From a virus, in IMG/VR virus record IMGVR_UViG_3300021197_000975, positions 6,359-70,358 of that record: a DNA stretch of 64,000 nt; one strand, written 5' to 3'. Below, one piece after another: positions 40,501 to 50,516 of this stretch. The notes under the pieces are model-generated. The model was not told the origin of the DNA and did not search any database. It worked only from the letters and a program-made list of their open reading frames with translations. Made by a program: the position numbers and the translations under genes. Within the stretch, counting starts at the first letter, position 1, and each line of letters starts with the position of its first letter.

Positions 40501-43500
40501 TACACAAGGAAGAGTTTGAAACTGGCGAAAATGCTGGTAGATATCCCATCGAATTTGTTGGGGCTAATAAGATAAGATATACTAGCGGTGCGATAGACGC
40601 ACAGAAGGCGGAGTATACAGACTCAGTAGTGAATGGTTTCATTACGTTTATTGGTAAAAGAAAAGCAGTAGATCTTGATATCATTGCAAAGGATATTGGA
40701 TTTAGAGAACGAGCTGTTAATGAGGGTGATAAAAAGTTTGCTGAACAAATTATTAATTACTTCATCACTCGATTCACACCTCATCAAAAGTTCCAGTTAT
40801 CCGACTGGGGGGATGGAACTATTGACTATGCCCCTGCTAATTCTGTGGGTATTGCTATTGCACAGATTGTAACTACTCAGCCTGAGGGTGCTCGACTGCG
40901 TGACAATGCAAGGGATTGGATGGAAGGTGGAGCAGAAGAATTTTCTGAGTCGGCTAAGTCAGAAGATGAAGCTTACAAAAGAGAAACAACCTTCCACCCT
41001 CCTATCTTTGATGAAGTACATCAAGCTTTACCAAGATCTCTTGCTGAAGTTGAATGGGCTTATGATGATTGGAGATTGAGAAAAAGATTAGAACACATCT
41101 TAGATCCCAAACATATTACTACTAAGGAAGAAGCACTTGAAGTAATTCAAAGCTTAAGAGACAGAGAAGAAAATGAAAACGATGTTATTGGTGACACTAG
41201 AACACCAAGAATGGGATTAACGCCCAATGTATCAAACAGATTAATATGGAACAAATTACCTAGTCTGGAAGAGCATACGAACATGGTATTGGAATCCATG
41301 TTAGATATGCCCCAGATTCTTATGACTTGGGTTCATGATTCTGTTGCTCTTGGTGGTGATCATCAAATGTTCTTAGATCCCGATCTTGCTGAAACTTACT
41401 TTGAGGATAATGCTTTATCTCCCGGCTCTATGACTGGCTCGGCTCTTATTTCTGGATTAGGGATTCAGCTTGCTCATACTAGAGCCTATCCCGTAATTAG
41501 TATAGATACTGTTATCCAATCTTTGGAAAGAGGTATATCAGCATACGGAGATCATGGAACAGATGTATTTGCTAAGGGTAATTATTTTGATTACAAGTTC
41601 AATGGTCTTCACCACTTCCTTGCACTGATGTTGCAATACTCTCCTCAAGGAGCACAAAAATTAGATGAGTTCCTTGCTGAGTGGGAGCCAACAGCTTTCT
41701 TGTATAAAACATCTAAAGAAGCTCAGGATATTTATGATACGGCTGAAGAATTAATATTTGAATCTTTGACAAACCATATTAAGAATACACAAGAGGGACC
41801 AAAGAGATCAGAACTCCAAAAGCTTTTAAACTTTATGGAAAGTGATCCTTCTATTAGAGATGCCATGAAGAAGATTGTCATTCCTCGCCTTTACATGGGT
41901 GGTATAGATGCCATGAAATCTGGCCTGAAGGAAAAAGCAAGAGAAGAAGGATGGGACATTAATACAGATCTTCTGGCTGAACTTGCAATGGGACCGATTC
42001 AAGCTACTAAGCTTAGGGTGGTTGATAAGGCATTAGGAGGTCTTACTGATTCTGATAGGCGACAGCTTGCAGATGCTCTTGTAACAATGTATGGTGATAT
42101 CTATGACCACGGTCGGTGGCATGAGCAGTACAAAGATTATGTAAAAGAAAACCATTCTCTGATGGAAGGCAAAGAATTTGCGTTAAGTGATCTTCAATTT
42201 GCAATTCAAAAGAGAATAGAATTTATGGTAGAAATCCTTACACCCAAAACTGCAAACGATGGTCTTAAACTAAGAGAGCGTAAGGGTAAAATGCTAACGC
42301 TTATTCAAGAAAGATTCCAAGGAAGAATACAAAAAGCTATTGATTTTGTGAATGAAAAGGGTGGTGTTATAAAAAACCAAGAAGATATGCGTCAGCTGCA
42401 TGTTATTATTTCAGGTAGTGAGTCTGCTTGGAAGACGAGTGGAACCTTAGCGGCTATGAATGTAATGGGCCGAACTGGATACAGATTAAGATCAGGTGAA
42501 AAGATAAATGAAACCGATACACTTCTTGAAGCCCAAAGGCAAATCATTGGTAGACATTTAACAGAAGAAGATTTGTTAAACTACCCAAGCCATTTGGTTT
42601 ACTTTGCAGTGGGTCAGGACAGTGCTGGTCAGAGATTATATTATCACTCCAACAACTGGGGAGTTCAGCCTCAGAATGTTCCGGCTGCTCAGGTTTATCG
42701 AGAGAATACTCATAAGGGTGAGGATGATAACCCCTATGGTATGTGGAAAATGGAACATAATAATCTTGCTAGCCTCTCAAAAGAGGATGCTGAAACTGAA
42801 GTAATGAAGTTAGTTGCTAGAGACTTGTCGGTTAGAATGGCAGGCTCTCATGCTCCTCAGTTTGGGGGCTATTCAACCAGACCACTTAAGGTTACAAAGG
42901 ATAATGTTAAAACACCCGGAGATGAAACAAGAGAAGGGTTCTGGAGAGATCTTAAGAAAAGAAGCACTGAAGAAGATAATGCTTACGTTAGAGCACTAAA
43001 TGAAGAAGCTAACTGGATATCAGCTGAAGAAAGAATGAAGGCAGGCGTTAGTATGGAAGGCGATGCAGCTTTAATTGATAAGCTTAAGCAGAGAAGAAAG
43101 ACAACGGGCCTGCGAAGAAACGCAACCAGAAATGTTTTAGACCCCACTCGAACTTTAAATAGAGCACAGAATGAAATCTATGTCCCGTCACAAGATGCAT
43201 CGGTTAAGGGACTTGGAGCATTTAGACCACAGTATGCTGACATCCCTTGGGCAGAAAGAGGGATCATGTCTATGGCAGAGGCTCGTTCAAACTTCAAAAT
43301 AGATAGAGGGTATAACGGCAGAATACACAAAGACGCATTAAGCAAAACTCCTGAATCTATAGCAGATGTTATTCCTTCAAGTGCAAGAGGATGGCAAGGA
43401 AAATATCAAGGATCGGATGCTCCATATGTTCATGAAACACCTATTGATTTTATAGGTGAAGGTATTCTTGGAGCTGGTCGAAAGAGAATTGCTAGAAGAG

Positions 43501-46500
43501 CAGAAGGATTAAAGAATGTTCTTGAGAAGTTTGCTGTAGAGAAGGGCCTTCAACATTTTTCAGAAAAGAATGATTGGACTTCTTTATACGTTAGGTGGCA
43601 AGTTGATAAGAAAATCACGAGACCTTTCCTTAAAGAGATCAGTGCTCTTGAAACTTCTACTGGAGCAACAAGGGGATCTAGTAGGCAGCAAGCTTTATTA
43701 GCAAGGGCCAATATGCTTTCTTCTCTTACTGGACTGCACCAGTTCCATAGAGATGTGAGCCAGCAGAATATGACACTAATTGAATATGGACAAATGCTTG
43801 GATTCCATCCTGAGGATTTAAAGAAGAGTGCTGCAAATCCAGAAGAAGGGAACCAAGCGTTCTATTGGGCGGACTTCTTTAAGTTACTCGCCAACCGAGG
43901 TGTGACAAATCTTGCACCCCTTACAATAAATATAGATGCTAATTCATTGAGTCCTGTCAATCTTACAGCAGAAGGTAATATTCTAATGGGTGGGGAAATG
44001 ACTGCCACCAGTAAACAAACTAGAATTATTACTTTAACTGTACAGCATAATGAAATGTCTCAGGTTCTCTTTACTCTCTTCTATGAACAGAGGGGAAGAG
44101 AAATCGCACAAGAATATCTTCAATCAAAAATGAGTGAAGCAGCTTATGGAAGGTTAAAGAAAGATGGAGCAGGTTTCCCAATGTTATCTGAAGTTCCAAT
44201 GTCTTTCCAAACAGAGTTAATGCATAGGTTGATTGAGGACAAAGAACTTCTTTCTATTGCTATAGATAATATGGGGTTACATATTATTCTCGATTCTTAC
44301 ACTAATGAAGCATTGGCTAGTATTGGTCCTCATAATCTTGACCCTGATAAAACACTTAGGCCCGGCATGCTAACAGGTGGCCTTCATAATTTCGCTGTTA
44401 ATGAAAACGCAGGGATGTATGGCATTACACCTGAGATTGCAAATTCTATGTTGTCTTCGTTAAGAAATACTGTAGTTAATAATACTGCGGAACTTGTATC
44501 TATTACTGGATCTCAGATGGGGCAAGTGGAAAGCCCATCTATGAGATTAAGAGATCAGGCTAAAAGAGATTTCTATGAATCACAGCGAGATGGATTCTCA
44601 GATGAAATGGATGCATTGTCTTATCTTCATATAACAAACAATGTTGATCCCCCAAAGTCTGTTAGGAATCCCAAGTTAAAGAATGAATACGGACAACCTG
44701 TTGTTGTTTATGATGCACCACATTACTTTGCTAAGAAAGACAAGACTACTGGATTGAATCCAGTTGAAGAAGGCTTTGCGGGATACATTAGATCGGCAGC
44801 CTTAAACGCTAGAGCTTTGGGATTAGAAACTGAAGGTAAATTACTTGCGCAAATTTTAAACCCAAAGTCTACTCTATTCCGTACAAAGTATTTACGAGAA
44901 GCTGTAGTCATTATTGTTGAAGCTTCTGGAAGTAAGATGGATTCCTTATTTAAGCTTGAAGCTTTCTTGCCCGGTAACTGGACAAGAGCTGACATTGAAG
45001 TTCTCTATAATGAAGCAACAAAAGTTAGAAAGGGATCCAAAATGTCTATTGTGGATGCTTATAGGATTGCAGCTTCAAGAACCATGGAAAGAAATACCTT
45101 CATCTCTCCCGCCAGAAGATACGTAGAATTGAACGGGGAGATAGATGAATTAAATATTTCAGCAGACTTTGCCGCTTATATTGGAGCAGATGTTAGCAAT
45201 CCCGAAACATTACTGCAAGCAAGGGCTGCTGCTAGAATTGCAAACAATTCATTAAAGGAAGTATCTTCAGAAGTTGAAGCCTTTAGTGGAATGGATGATG
45301 ATATTTCTCTTATGGAAATATCTGATCCCGAAGGCTTCTGGCATAAATACGGTAACGAGGGATCATCAATTACAGCCCAGATTTCAAGTATGGTTGGAGA
45401 AAATCTAATCACTCCCGAGACAGCTGCTTTCCTTAGGCAGATGATGGGTGTTGTTCTGTCCCATAATAATGATTTTGCAAATGGATTAAGTTTAATTCAC
45501 GATCCTGAAATCTCTAGAGCAAGCATTGCTGAGAAGTATGGCGACAAATACAGTATCCGTATTAACCCAGACTTAATTAAAAGAATGCCTCAAGCTGAAA
45601 TCATTAAAGTGTTTGCTCACGAGGTTGTGCATATTGCTAGAATGAAGTATATGGAGAGTGGGGATAGAGCTTGGAATTCTCTTGTTGGTGTTTACTCTAC
45701 AGAAAATGGTAGAGAAACAATGAGAGGCTTAATTACTATCATGACTAACGGAGATAGTAATGCAGTCAATGATGCAATGGAATACTATACAGGTAACATT
45801 GATGAGTTCCTTGCTGAGTGGGGTGCGTATTACTTGATGGCAAAGACATTAGGTAATCATACTGTTGTTAACGAAGTTCAGAATCTTAGGAATACTGATA
45901 CTACAGCAGAAGAAACTATGCAATGGTGGGACCGTGCGTTTAACTACATTAAGCGTGTCATGGGTAGCATTCACCAAAAGCTTTCAATTATGCAGCAGAC
46001 TAACCCTGAAGTATACAAGGAGATGAGTACTATTGTTGATGGCTTGTTCAACTTCGATAATGCTCACGAATTAACCGGCAGACCTCTAGCCAAGAATCCT
46101 AACATGCGAATGGGAGTTGCAAAACATACTCGCATGGGGCCTGACTTTGGTAGACCTAGTGATGAAAATTCTAGGATTAATTCGTTGGCTGAAGTAATCT
46201 CAAGAGAAAAGAACTTACGTAATACAGGAGCAGAGAGTGATACCAACCATCCCCGACATGAGGAATGGTTAGCTGCTACTGAAACAATTAGAGCCGAAGG
46301 ACTTCTTGATCATGATATCTTAGGTATTCCTCATAGTGAATACATATCAACACTACATGAAATGTGGGATGCTGATACTGGAGAATTTAAACAGCCAGAA
46401 AACGATAAGGAAGAAATGATAATGATATCATATCTCCTCAAGCAAGTTGCTAGACAAAGAGGAGAAAGAGTTGATTCTCCCGGTACGTTTGGACATCTTC

Positions 46501-49500
46501 TTCGAAAGGTGTTCCCTGAGTTTACTGAAACCGTACAAGATTTCTTATACAATAACAGTAACAGAACAGATAAGACTTGGAACAGTAAGGTAGCAATAAT
46601 TGCAAACCTTGCTTGGCTTCTTGACAATACTAAAGCAACAACTGAAAATGCATTTCAGGCTGAAGGTAACGGTATCATCCATAATAAAAATTACATCGAA
46701 CAATACTCAAGAAGAGTTACTGAAGCTTCTAATCTTATTCGAAGTACATATGATAAGTCAACAGCTATGGGTATTGAACAGACGGCATTCTCTTTGCTGA
46801 TGGATCCTGAATATGTTCTTCCCACTACTCTTACTGAAGAACAAAAACAACATGCTACTATGCTGTCAGATATCTTTAGAGCTAACCATGGGCAATTACT
46901 TAACATGGCTAAGGACATGCTTCTTAGAAGAGAAGGAAGAGAAACACATTCCAGCAATCTTGCTCTTAGATTAAATAGAGATTTTCTTCTTAGACAAGAG
47001 GGAAGGCGTGAAGAATTCGTCACAGCACTTGCTAATAAGCAATCAAGAAAGTTGCAAGCTTCTCTAATCCCAGCAGGAACAATTGATTCTACTCTTGTTT
47101 ACATGAGTGGTCTTGTTCCGCGAGTTATAACTAATCCAGATGGGAACAGTGTTCACCCTGAGTTTATTAATGAACTGGTAAAATACACCCGTGAAGATGC
47201 TCCGGGTGCTTTGAAAGCACAGTTAAAAATACTTGATAGACTGGCCTTGGAACAATTCCAGAAGAGCAATAAGGACTTGGATAGTGAATTATTAGCTAAT
47301 GAATTTGATCCTGAGGGAGAGAACCATTATCACAATATGGCTATTTATTACCAAAGAGCGGTAGTCAAGTTACTTAAAGATACTACAAATAAAAAGATAA
47401 CTTATAACGAGTTGTTTGATAAGGGTAGATTAAGTCAAGGTGAGCGAGGAGCTATCTTTAATTATCTCCAGAACAGAACAAATGTTGTTGAAGATGGTGG
47501 CGGTACTCTTGATGCGGTAGGTCGCGCTTCAGATCTAAAGTCTGGGCTTGGTGACATATTTAGATTAAGACAGGACATCTCTTCTGATATTGATGTCTGG
47601 GCTGGTGTCTCTCCAGATGCTGCCAGAATGAAGACAGCTTATCTTTTAGCACAGGTTGGTAACTCTACCTTCATTCCCTATGAGGATGGAACAGAATTAA
47701 CTATTACTGATATCTTTGGTCCTGATCAATATGGCGATGAAAGAGAACATTCTATTGTTCAAGCTGGGTTTACTCGAGATCTTAGACAGATTATCCGAGG
47801 AACTCAACGTGGTCTAGGAGCTGCTGCCCACACAAGAAAGGTTATCAAAGAACTTACTGGCGTAAACATGGACTTCAAAAGAATAATTGGATCATTACGA
47901 AGATATCTAGATGAGTCCCCTTACGCTACTCATATTTCTGAATCCGTTGATTTTAATGGCTTAGATAAATCTACCGGCGACCAAAAAGCTTTCATTCAAA
48001 GAGGGCTCGCACATCTCGAAAGAGTATATGAAGTAGGGATGAACATTGGAAACAGAGTTGAAATTACAGATAGAGCCGCGTGGGATACACTAGCAAAGTT
48101 TGGTCCTGATATTTTGACATACGTCTGGGGTCCAAACCTTAATGCTGCTAACTTAATCTTTGAGGGCGGGTTGTCTGGATTAACTACAGCTATGTATGGT
48201 GGTAATCCTGTCCAACTTTACTCTGATATCCTTGGTAATACCTTCTCACTCATATGGAAACTACGAAAGGGAATGTCAAACTTAGAATTCACTGGGCAAT
48301 TGAGAGCTTTGGGTGATGCTATGTTTGATACTGATTCAGCCTTACGTGACTTTATGGAAAACGATGTCTTTGAAAATGATCAATTCTTTGAGGAAGAAGG
48401 AATTCCTTTAAATGAAAGAGGCCGTAAGGCTTACTCCGGTTGGATTAAGGGATTAAGAACCTATAATAATATATCTGCTATGGCTGTTAAGATGGCAACT
48501 ATGAAGCAGGGCCACCGTATTCTTATGAAGAATCAAGAAAAATTACGGGAAATGATAGAGTGGAATAATAATTATGACGGTCCTGATAATATGAACAAGT
48601 TCCATAAGATGAAGAAGGAACTTGGTTTAAGATTCAGGGGTGAGGTTGCACAGATGTTTATGGAATCTGGTCTACTTAAAGAAGATAGTGCAGATAAATT
48701 AGATTGGATTATGGCTAATGTTCCTATGGTTCGGGGGATGATAGATATGTCATCTCTTAGAGAACGTATTGAACAATCTCCTAATGCTACTATTACCCAA
48801 GGGAATTCTGAATTTGCACTTAAAGATCTTTGGGAGTTTGCAACATCTATTGAATTGTTTGCTGATAAGTATTCTCAGCTTTCTGTTGTGAAGTCAGATC
48901 CCCTTGATAAAGATGTGGATAGTAATGCTGCGTGGTATCTTAATGCTTTATACCGCCAGTTCCCTAACTTGTTTGTGGCCCAGCATATTCTCCGTAAGGG
49001 AGCAAGGCATGGTATGGGTCCGTATGCTATGACCCTTAGTGCAGGTGTTGTACTCGATCTTATTTACAACTTATTCCTTGCCGCCTTGTTTGGAATGATT
49101 GAGCCAAAGGATTTCTCACGCTGGGCAAAGGGAGACTTTGATACCTCTGATCTCCTCCTTATTGGTAGATCTATTGCTAGATTCCCCGGATTTGGTATCA
49201 GAGGTAATGCGGCTACTGAGGCAGCAATGGGATTGGGATATGGTATTGCTAAATATACTGGAGGCGACATGGATTTAGCTAGAGCAGGAACCTTAGCTAT
49301 GCCCCTGCCAGTAGTTGCTGGAATTCGTTGGATAGAGAATATGTGGGCTGGTGTAAACAATCCCCTCAAATACGCATTAGCTGATTCTTCTGCGGATAAA
49401 GAATACTGGCAAGAGAAGACAATACGGGACTATGTGATGGCGGCAAAGAGTATGATACCCGGATTGAACGATAGTATTCTTACTTCGGTTATGAATAACG

Positions 49501-49898
49501 CATGGGGAGAACCCGTGAAACCCGGAAAGAAGCAGAGAACTGGAACTCCTTATCCTGTTAATGCGCCTACAATTAAGACCATAGAGGATGAACTTAATAA
49601 TAATTCTGTAGAGGGATTATACAGAAGAGCATTTACGGAGATGAATCCTGAACTTCCCTCCATTATGCACCAGAGAGGGAGGAGGACAGCAGCGATGAAA
49701 GAAGCGGTTAGCAACTCCCTTCCTGCTATGGCCCCTCAGATCCCCTCTAAGGCATCTTCACCCCAACCCACCTTACCCCCCTCGGGAGATCCGAAAGCTC
49801 CTCAGACGCAGCCTCCGGCTCCCTCAGGGCAAGTTACAGGACGGAGTGAGGGAGATGCTGCAACCAATCCTATACAAGCCCCTGAAGGCTTGATCTAA
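37578..49898 (+). CDS. Giant 4106-aa internal virion protein: coiled coil, DEDDy exonuclease, candidate T7-family RNA polymerase domain and zincin (HExxH) motif
   Basis: SFDIET / TFNGNSFD / YLDAD; FDYKFNGLHHF..QDIY..RDAMKKIVIPRLYMGG; FAHEVVH...DEFLAE. AGGAG RBS. Confidence 0.7.
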   Translation: MSCSLNFLDDLKQKFIDQGNSEADANNMVEALKIASSDPRSFRKHVASEKLKETWTSENKADLQGLMNKVLKSKDGTLLFDSLNEEESQSLKYLLTKKMAKDNDQAPVVRPSNADVRIQAEQELETEIERLQEIGDDRGAARNQQALSHLQQIRKNNSRLGNQYESISESIDSRDRLREQLVLLDVWLRNVDDGNKKAEARIKEMNEQLKTIKDDKYNQAKADKKTYEKQIKKLKSELKSIKNKKSEPANKIKREIKEKEGKLKEAVAIIQKADREAGPLEKKINRIIEAARELSDKNPEVKKLRKAHSAAEKKLKDVMAELNKAGFASDGFLQSIVQGINTAVTARQLAEDLQRARQDEALRIELIDSYFDKNHKNYIKPKEEKETTLSRDILSEILGPSFVVSRTEYGQVLTREEIDVLLKEWRSLNYKYAGEHGLLIADLTFADQQSLEAMQEQSTNEGKSVDETDNNTIIIPMLTQAQAMEKSNPGVIPDANAQLTPQELKQRLLKFVRKLETLRSSVGYGKYVGLQHVEAVLNNMPGLDDVSAQIWFDDAVRVLNEEGIETLTHTERQETLRHILRLTGMTDAEISSLPEMIDYGRWLQDLDVHDKENPMPLNQVVSFDIETRGKNNEEIIGWSIKRIDGTIINSRTIGEAMTKEEAQEMLALLNDLQNDGYKVVTFNGNSFDMNTLGALAENQQMGVRIAYRSLDVMQILRTFKSQIHTEDDAQSLYFSLNNVSRALGMGGKFGTVGPEGSVLRNLGKWYYLVHKKATTGEDVTFADIVKNGETMAEEDAQSILDEINGMSSEEAASYLDQYLDADAMLPAQILYGNGAQDGLFNMMGRNVKIKSANKGEATVEIAAPTPTWALTSNVTEAKQDRWHGLEWARHVADIGEVMTSAFSSIDDTSIVSVDLDLAISRVYDAVIRAQHLDPSQRLLAERMVDLAKETLSKEQLLEKEKINIIQANRQALENIHKEEFETGENAGRYPIEFVGANKIRYTSGAIDAQKAEYTDSVVNGFITFIGKRKAVDLDIIAKDIGFRERAVNEGDKKFAEQIINYFITRFTPHQKFQLSDWGDGTIDYAPANSVGIAIAQIVTTQPEGARLRDNARDWMEGGAEEFSESAKSEDEAYKRETTFHPPIFDEVHQALPRSLAEVEWAYDDWRLRKRLEHILDPKHITTKEEALEVIQSLRDREENENDVIGDTRTPRMGLTPNVSNRLIWNKLPSLEEHTNMVLESMLDMPQILMTWVHDSVALGGDHQMFLDPDLAETYFEDNALSPGSMTGSALISGLGIQLAHTRAYPVISIDTVIQSLERGISAYGDHGTDVFAKGNYFDYKFNGLHHFLALMLQYSPQGAQKLDEFLAEWEPTAFLYKTSKEAQDIYDTAEELIFESLTNHIKNTQEGPKRSELQKLLNFMESDPSIRDAMKKIVIPRLYMGGIDAMKSGLKEKAREEGWDINTDLLAELAMGPIQATKLRVVDKALGGLTDSDRRQLADALVTMYGDIYDHGRWHEQYKDYVKENHSLMEGKEFALSDLQFAIQKRIEFMVEILTPKTANDGLKLRERKGKMLTLIQERFQGRIQKAIDFVNEKGGVIKNQEDMRQLHVIISGSESAWKTSGTLAAMNVMGRTGYRLRSGEKINETDTLLEAQRQIIGRHLTEEDLLNYPSHLVYFAVGQDSAGQRLYYHSNNWGVQPQNVPAAQVYRENTHKGEDDNPYGMWKMEHNNLASLSKEDAETEVMKLVARDLSVRMAGSHAPQFGGYSTRPLKVTKDNVKTPGDETREGFWRDLKKRSTEEDNAYVRALNEEANWISAEERMKAGVSMEGDAALIDKLKQRRKTTGLRRNATRNVLDPTRTLNRAQNEIYVPSQDASVKGLGAFRPQYADIPWAERGIMSMAEARSNFKIDRGYNGRIHKDALSKTPESIADVIPSSARGWQGKYQGSDAPYVHETPIDFIGEGILGAGRKRIARRAEGLKNVLEKFAVEKGLQHFSEKNDWTSLYVRWQVDKKITRPFLKEISALETSTGATRGSSRQQALLARANMLSSLTGLHQFHRDVSQQNMTLIEYGQMLGFHPEDLKKSAANPEEGNQAFYWADFFKLLANRGVTNLAPLTINIDANSLSPVNLTAEGNILMGGEMTATSKQTRIITLTVQHNEMSQVLFTLFYEQRGREIAQEYLQSKMSEAAYGRLKKDGAGFPMLSEVPMSFQTELMHRLIEDKELLSIAIDNMGLHIILDSYTNEALASIGPHNLDPDKTLRPGMLTGGLHNFAVNENAGMYGITPEIANSMLSSLRNTVVNNTAELVSITGSQMGQVESPSMRLRDQAKRDFYESQRDGFSDEMDALSYLHITNNVDPPKSVRNPKLKNEYGQPVVVYDAPHYFAKKDKTTGLNPVEEGFAGYIRSAALNARALGLETEGKLLAQILNPKSTLFRTKYLREAVVIIVEASGSKMDSLFKLEAFLPGNWTRADIEVLYNEATKVRKGSKMSIVDAYRIAASRTMERNTFISPARRYVELNGEIDELNISADFAAYIGADVSNPETLLQARAAARIANNSLKEVSSEVEAFSGMDDDISLMEISDPEGFWHKYGNEGSSITAQISSMVGENLITPETAAFLRQMMGVVLSHNNDFANGLSLIHDPEISRASIAEKYGDKYSIRINPDLIKRMPQAEIIKVFAHEVVHIARMKYMESGDRAWNSLVGVYSTENGRETMRGLITIMTNGDSNAVNDAMEYYTGNIDEFLAEWGAYYLMAKTLGNHTVVNEVQNLRNTDTTAEETMQWWDRAFNYIKRVMGSIHQKLSIMQQTNPEVYKEMSTIVDGLFNFDNAHELTGRPLAKNPNMRMGVAKHTRMGPDFGRPSDENSRINSLAEVISREKNLRNTGAESDTNHPRHEEWLAATETIRAEGLLDHDILGIPHSEYISTLHEMWDADTGEFKQPENDKEEMIMISYLLKQVARQRGERVDSPGTFGHLLRKVFPEFTETVQDFLYNNSNRTDKTWNSKVAIIANLAWLLDNTKATTENAFQAEGNGIIHNKNYIEQYSRRVTEASNLIRSTYDKSTAMGIEQTAFSLLMDPEYVLPTTLTEEQKQHATMLSDIFRANHGQLLNMAKDMLLRREGRETHSSNLALRLNRDFLLRQEGRREEFVTALANKQSRKLQASLIPAGTIDSTLVYMSGLVPRVITNPDGNSVHPEFINELVKYTREDAPGALKAQLKILDRLALEQFQKSNKDLDSELLANEFDPEGENHYHNMAIYYQRAVVKLLKDTTNKKITYNELFDKGRLSQGERGAIFNYLQNRTNVVEDGGGTLDAVGRASDLKSGLGDIFRLRQDISSDIDVWAGVSPDAARMKTAYLLAQVGNSTFIPYEDGTELTITDIFGPDQYGDEREHSIVQAGFTRDLRQIIRGTQRGLGAAAHTRKVIKELTGVNMDFKRIIGSLRRYLDESPYATHISESVDFNGLDKSTGDQKAFIQRGLAHLERVYEVGMNIGNRVEITDRAAWDTLAKFGPDILTYVWGPNLNAANLIFEGGLSGLTTAMYGGNPVQLYSDILGNTFSLIWKLRKGMSNLEFTGQLRALGDAMFDTDSALRDFMENDVFENDQFFEEEGIPLNERGRKAYSGWIKGLRTYNNISAMAVKMATMKQGHRILMKNQEKLREMIEWNNNYDGPDNMNKFHKMKKELGLRFRGEVAQMFMESGLLKEDSADKLDWIMANVPMVRGMIDMSSLRERIEQSPNATITQGNSEFALKDLWEFATSIELFADKYSQLSVVKSDPLDKDVDSNAAWYLNALYRQFPNLFVAQHILRKGARHGMGPYAMTLSAGVVLDLIYNLFLAALFGMIEPKDFSRWAKGDFDTSDLLLIGRSIARFPGFGIRGNAATEAAMGLGYGIAKYTGGDMDLARAGTLAMPLPVVAGIRWIENMWAGVNNPLKYALADSSADKEYWQEKTIRDYVMAAKSMIPGLNDSILTSVMNNAWGEPVKPGKKQRTGTPYPVNAPTIKTIEDELNNNSVEGLYRRAFTEMNPELPSIMHQRGRRTAAMKEAVSNSLPAMAPQIPSKASSPQPTLPPSGDPKAPQTQPPAPSGQVTGRSEGDAATNPIQAPEGLI

Positions 49899-49912
49899 TA
49901 AGGAGATTAATT

Positions 49913-50179
49913 ATGGCTAAGAAAAGAAAAAGTAAAGGTGCAATGAAGGGCTGCAATATCGGCAATGGTTGCAAAAGTAAATCGGGGGGGCTTACGGCTA
50001 AAGGTCGAAGAATGATCAATAAGAAAACTGGATCTAAGCTTAAGGCCCCTCAGCCCGGAGGAGGAGCTCGTAAGAAAAGTTATTGTGCCAGATCAGCAGG
50101 GCAGATGAAAAAGTTCCCCAAGGCTGCTAAGGATCCTAACAGCAGATTGCGGAAGGCACGTAGGAAATGGAAGTGCTAA
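49913..50179 (+). CDS. Small basic protein common in aquatic phages
   Basis: GGLTAKGR...LKAPQPGGG.RKKSYCARS.G...DPNSR..KARRKWKC; AAGGAG RBS. Confidence 0.8.
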   Translation: MAKKRKSKGAMKGCNIGNGCKSKSGGLTAKGRRMINKKTGSKLKAPQPGGGARKKSYCARSAGQMKKFPKAAKDPNSRLRKARRKWKC

Positions 50180-50274
50180 AATCGACTATAGGGGTCGAGA
50201 ATTTGGACGGGGGGAGTATAGCTTTGAAGTTGAAGCTATCCCCCAGTACCCCCCCTTCAAAGGAGATACATACC

Positions 50275-50457
50275 ATGTATCCAAAGAAAAGACCTGAGAA
50301 AGGCAAGCTCATTGATATCTTCTCTCATAATCCTCTCGTAAAGGGAGGACAGGGAAGGTCTGCCCAGCAGACTAAGGAAGATACAATCAGTGGTGCTATT
50401 GTGTGGACTGTATTCATTGCAGTCTTCCTTGTGGTGCTGATCATCGCAGCTGCCTGA
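50275..50457 (+). CDS. Small protein with a C-terminal transmembrane helix
   Basis: AAGGAG RBS before ATG 50275; IVWTVFIAVFLVVLIIAAA. Confidence 0.55.
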   Translation: MYPKKRPEKGKLIDIFSHNPLVKGGQGRSAQQTKEDTISGAIVWTVFIAVFLVVLIIAAA

Positions 50458-50464
50458 TCTCACT

Positions 50465-50516
50465 GACAATCTCAACGATGCTCTCTCAATCGAGAGAGTA
50501 TCTATTGGGATTCTCA
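50465..50516 (+). repeat. 52-nt structured repeat, copy 1
   Basis: GACAATCTCAACGA-[22-nt hairpin]-TCTATTGGGATTCTCA; flanks identical to 50871-50922. Confidence 0.9.

Noticed and set aside
41325-41345. WVHDS in the giant protein as polymerase motif C
   Set aside because: It lies upstream of the motif A candidate, the wrong order for T7-family enzymes; probably coincidental.
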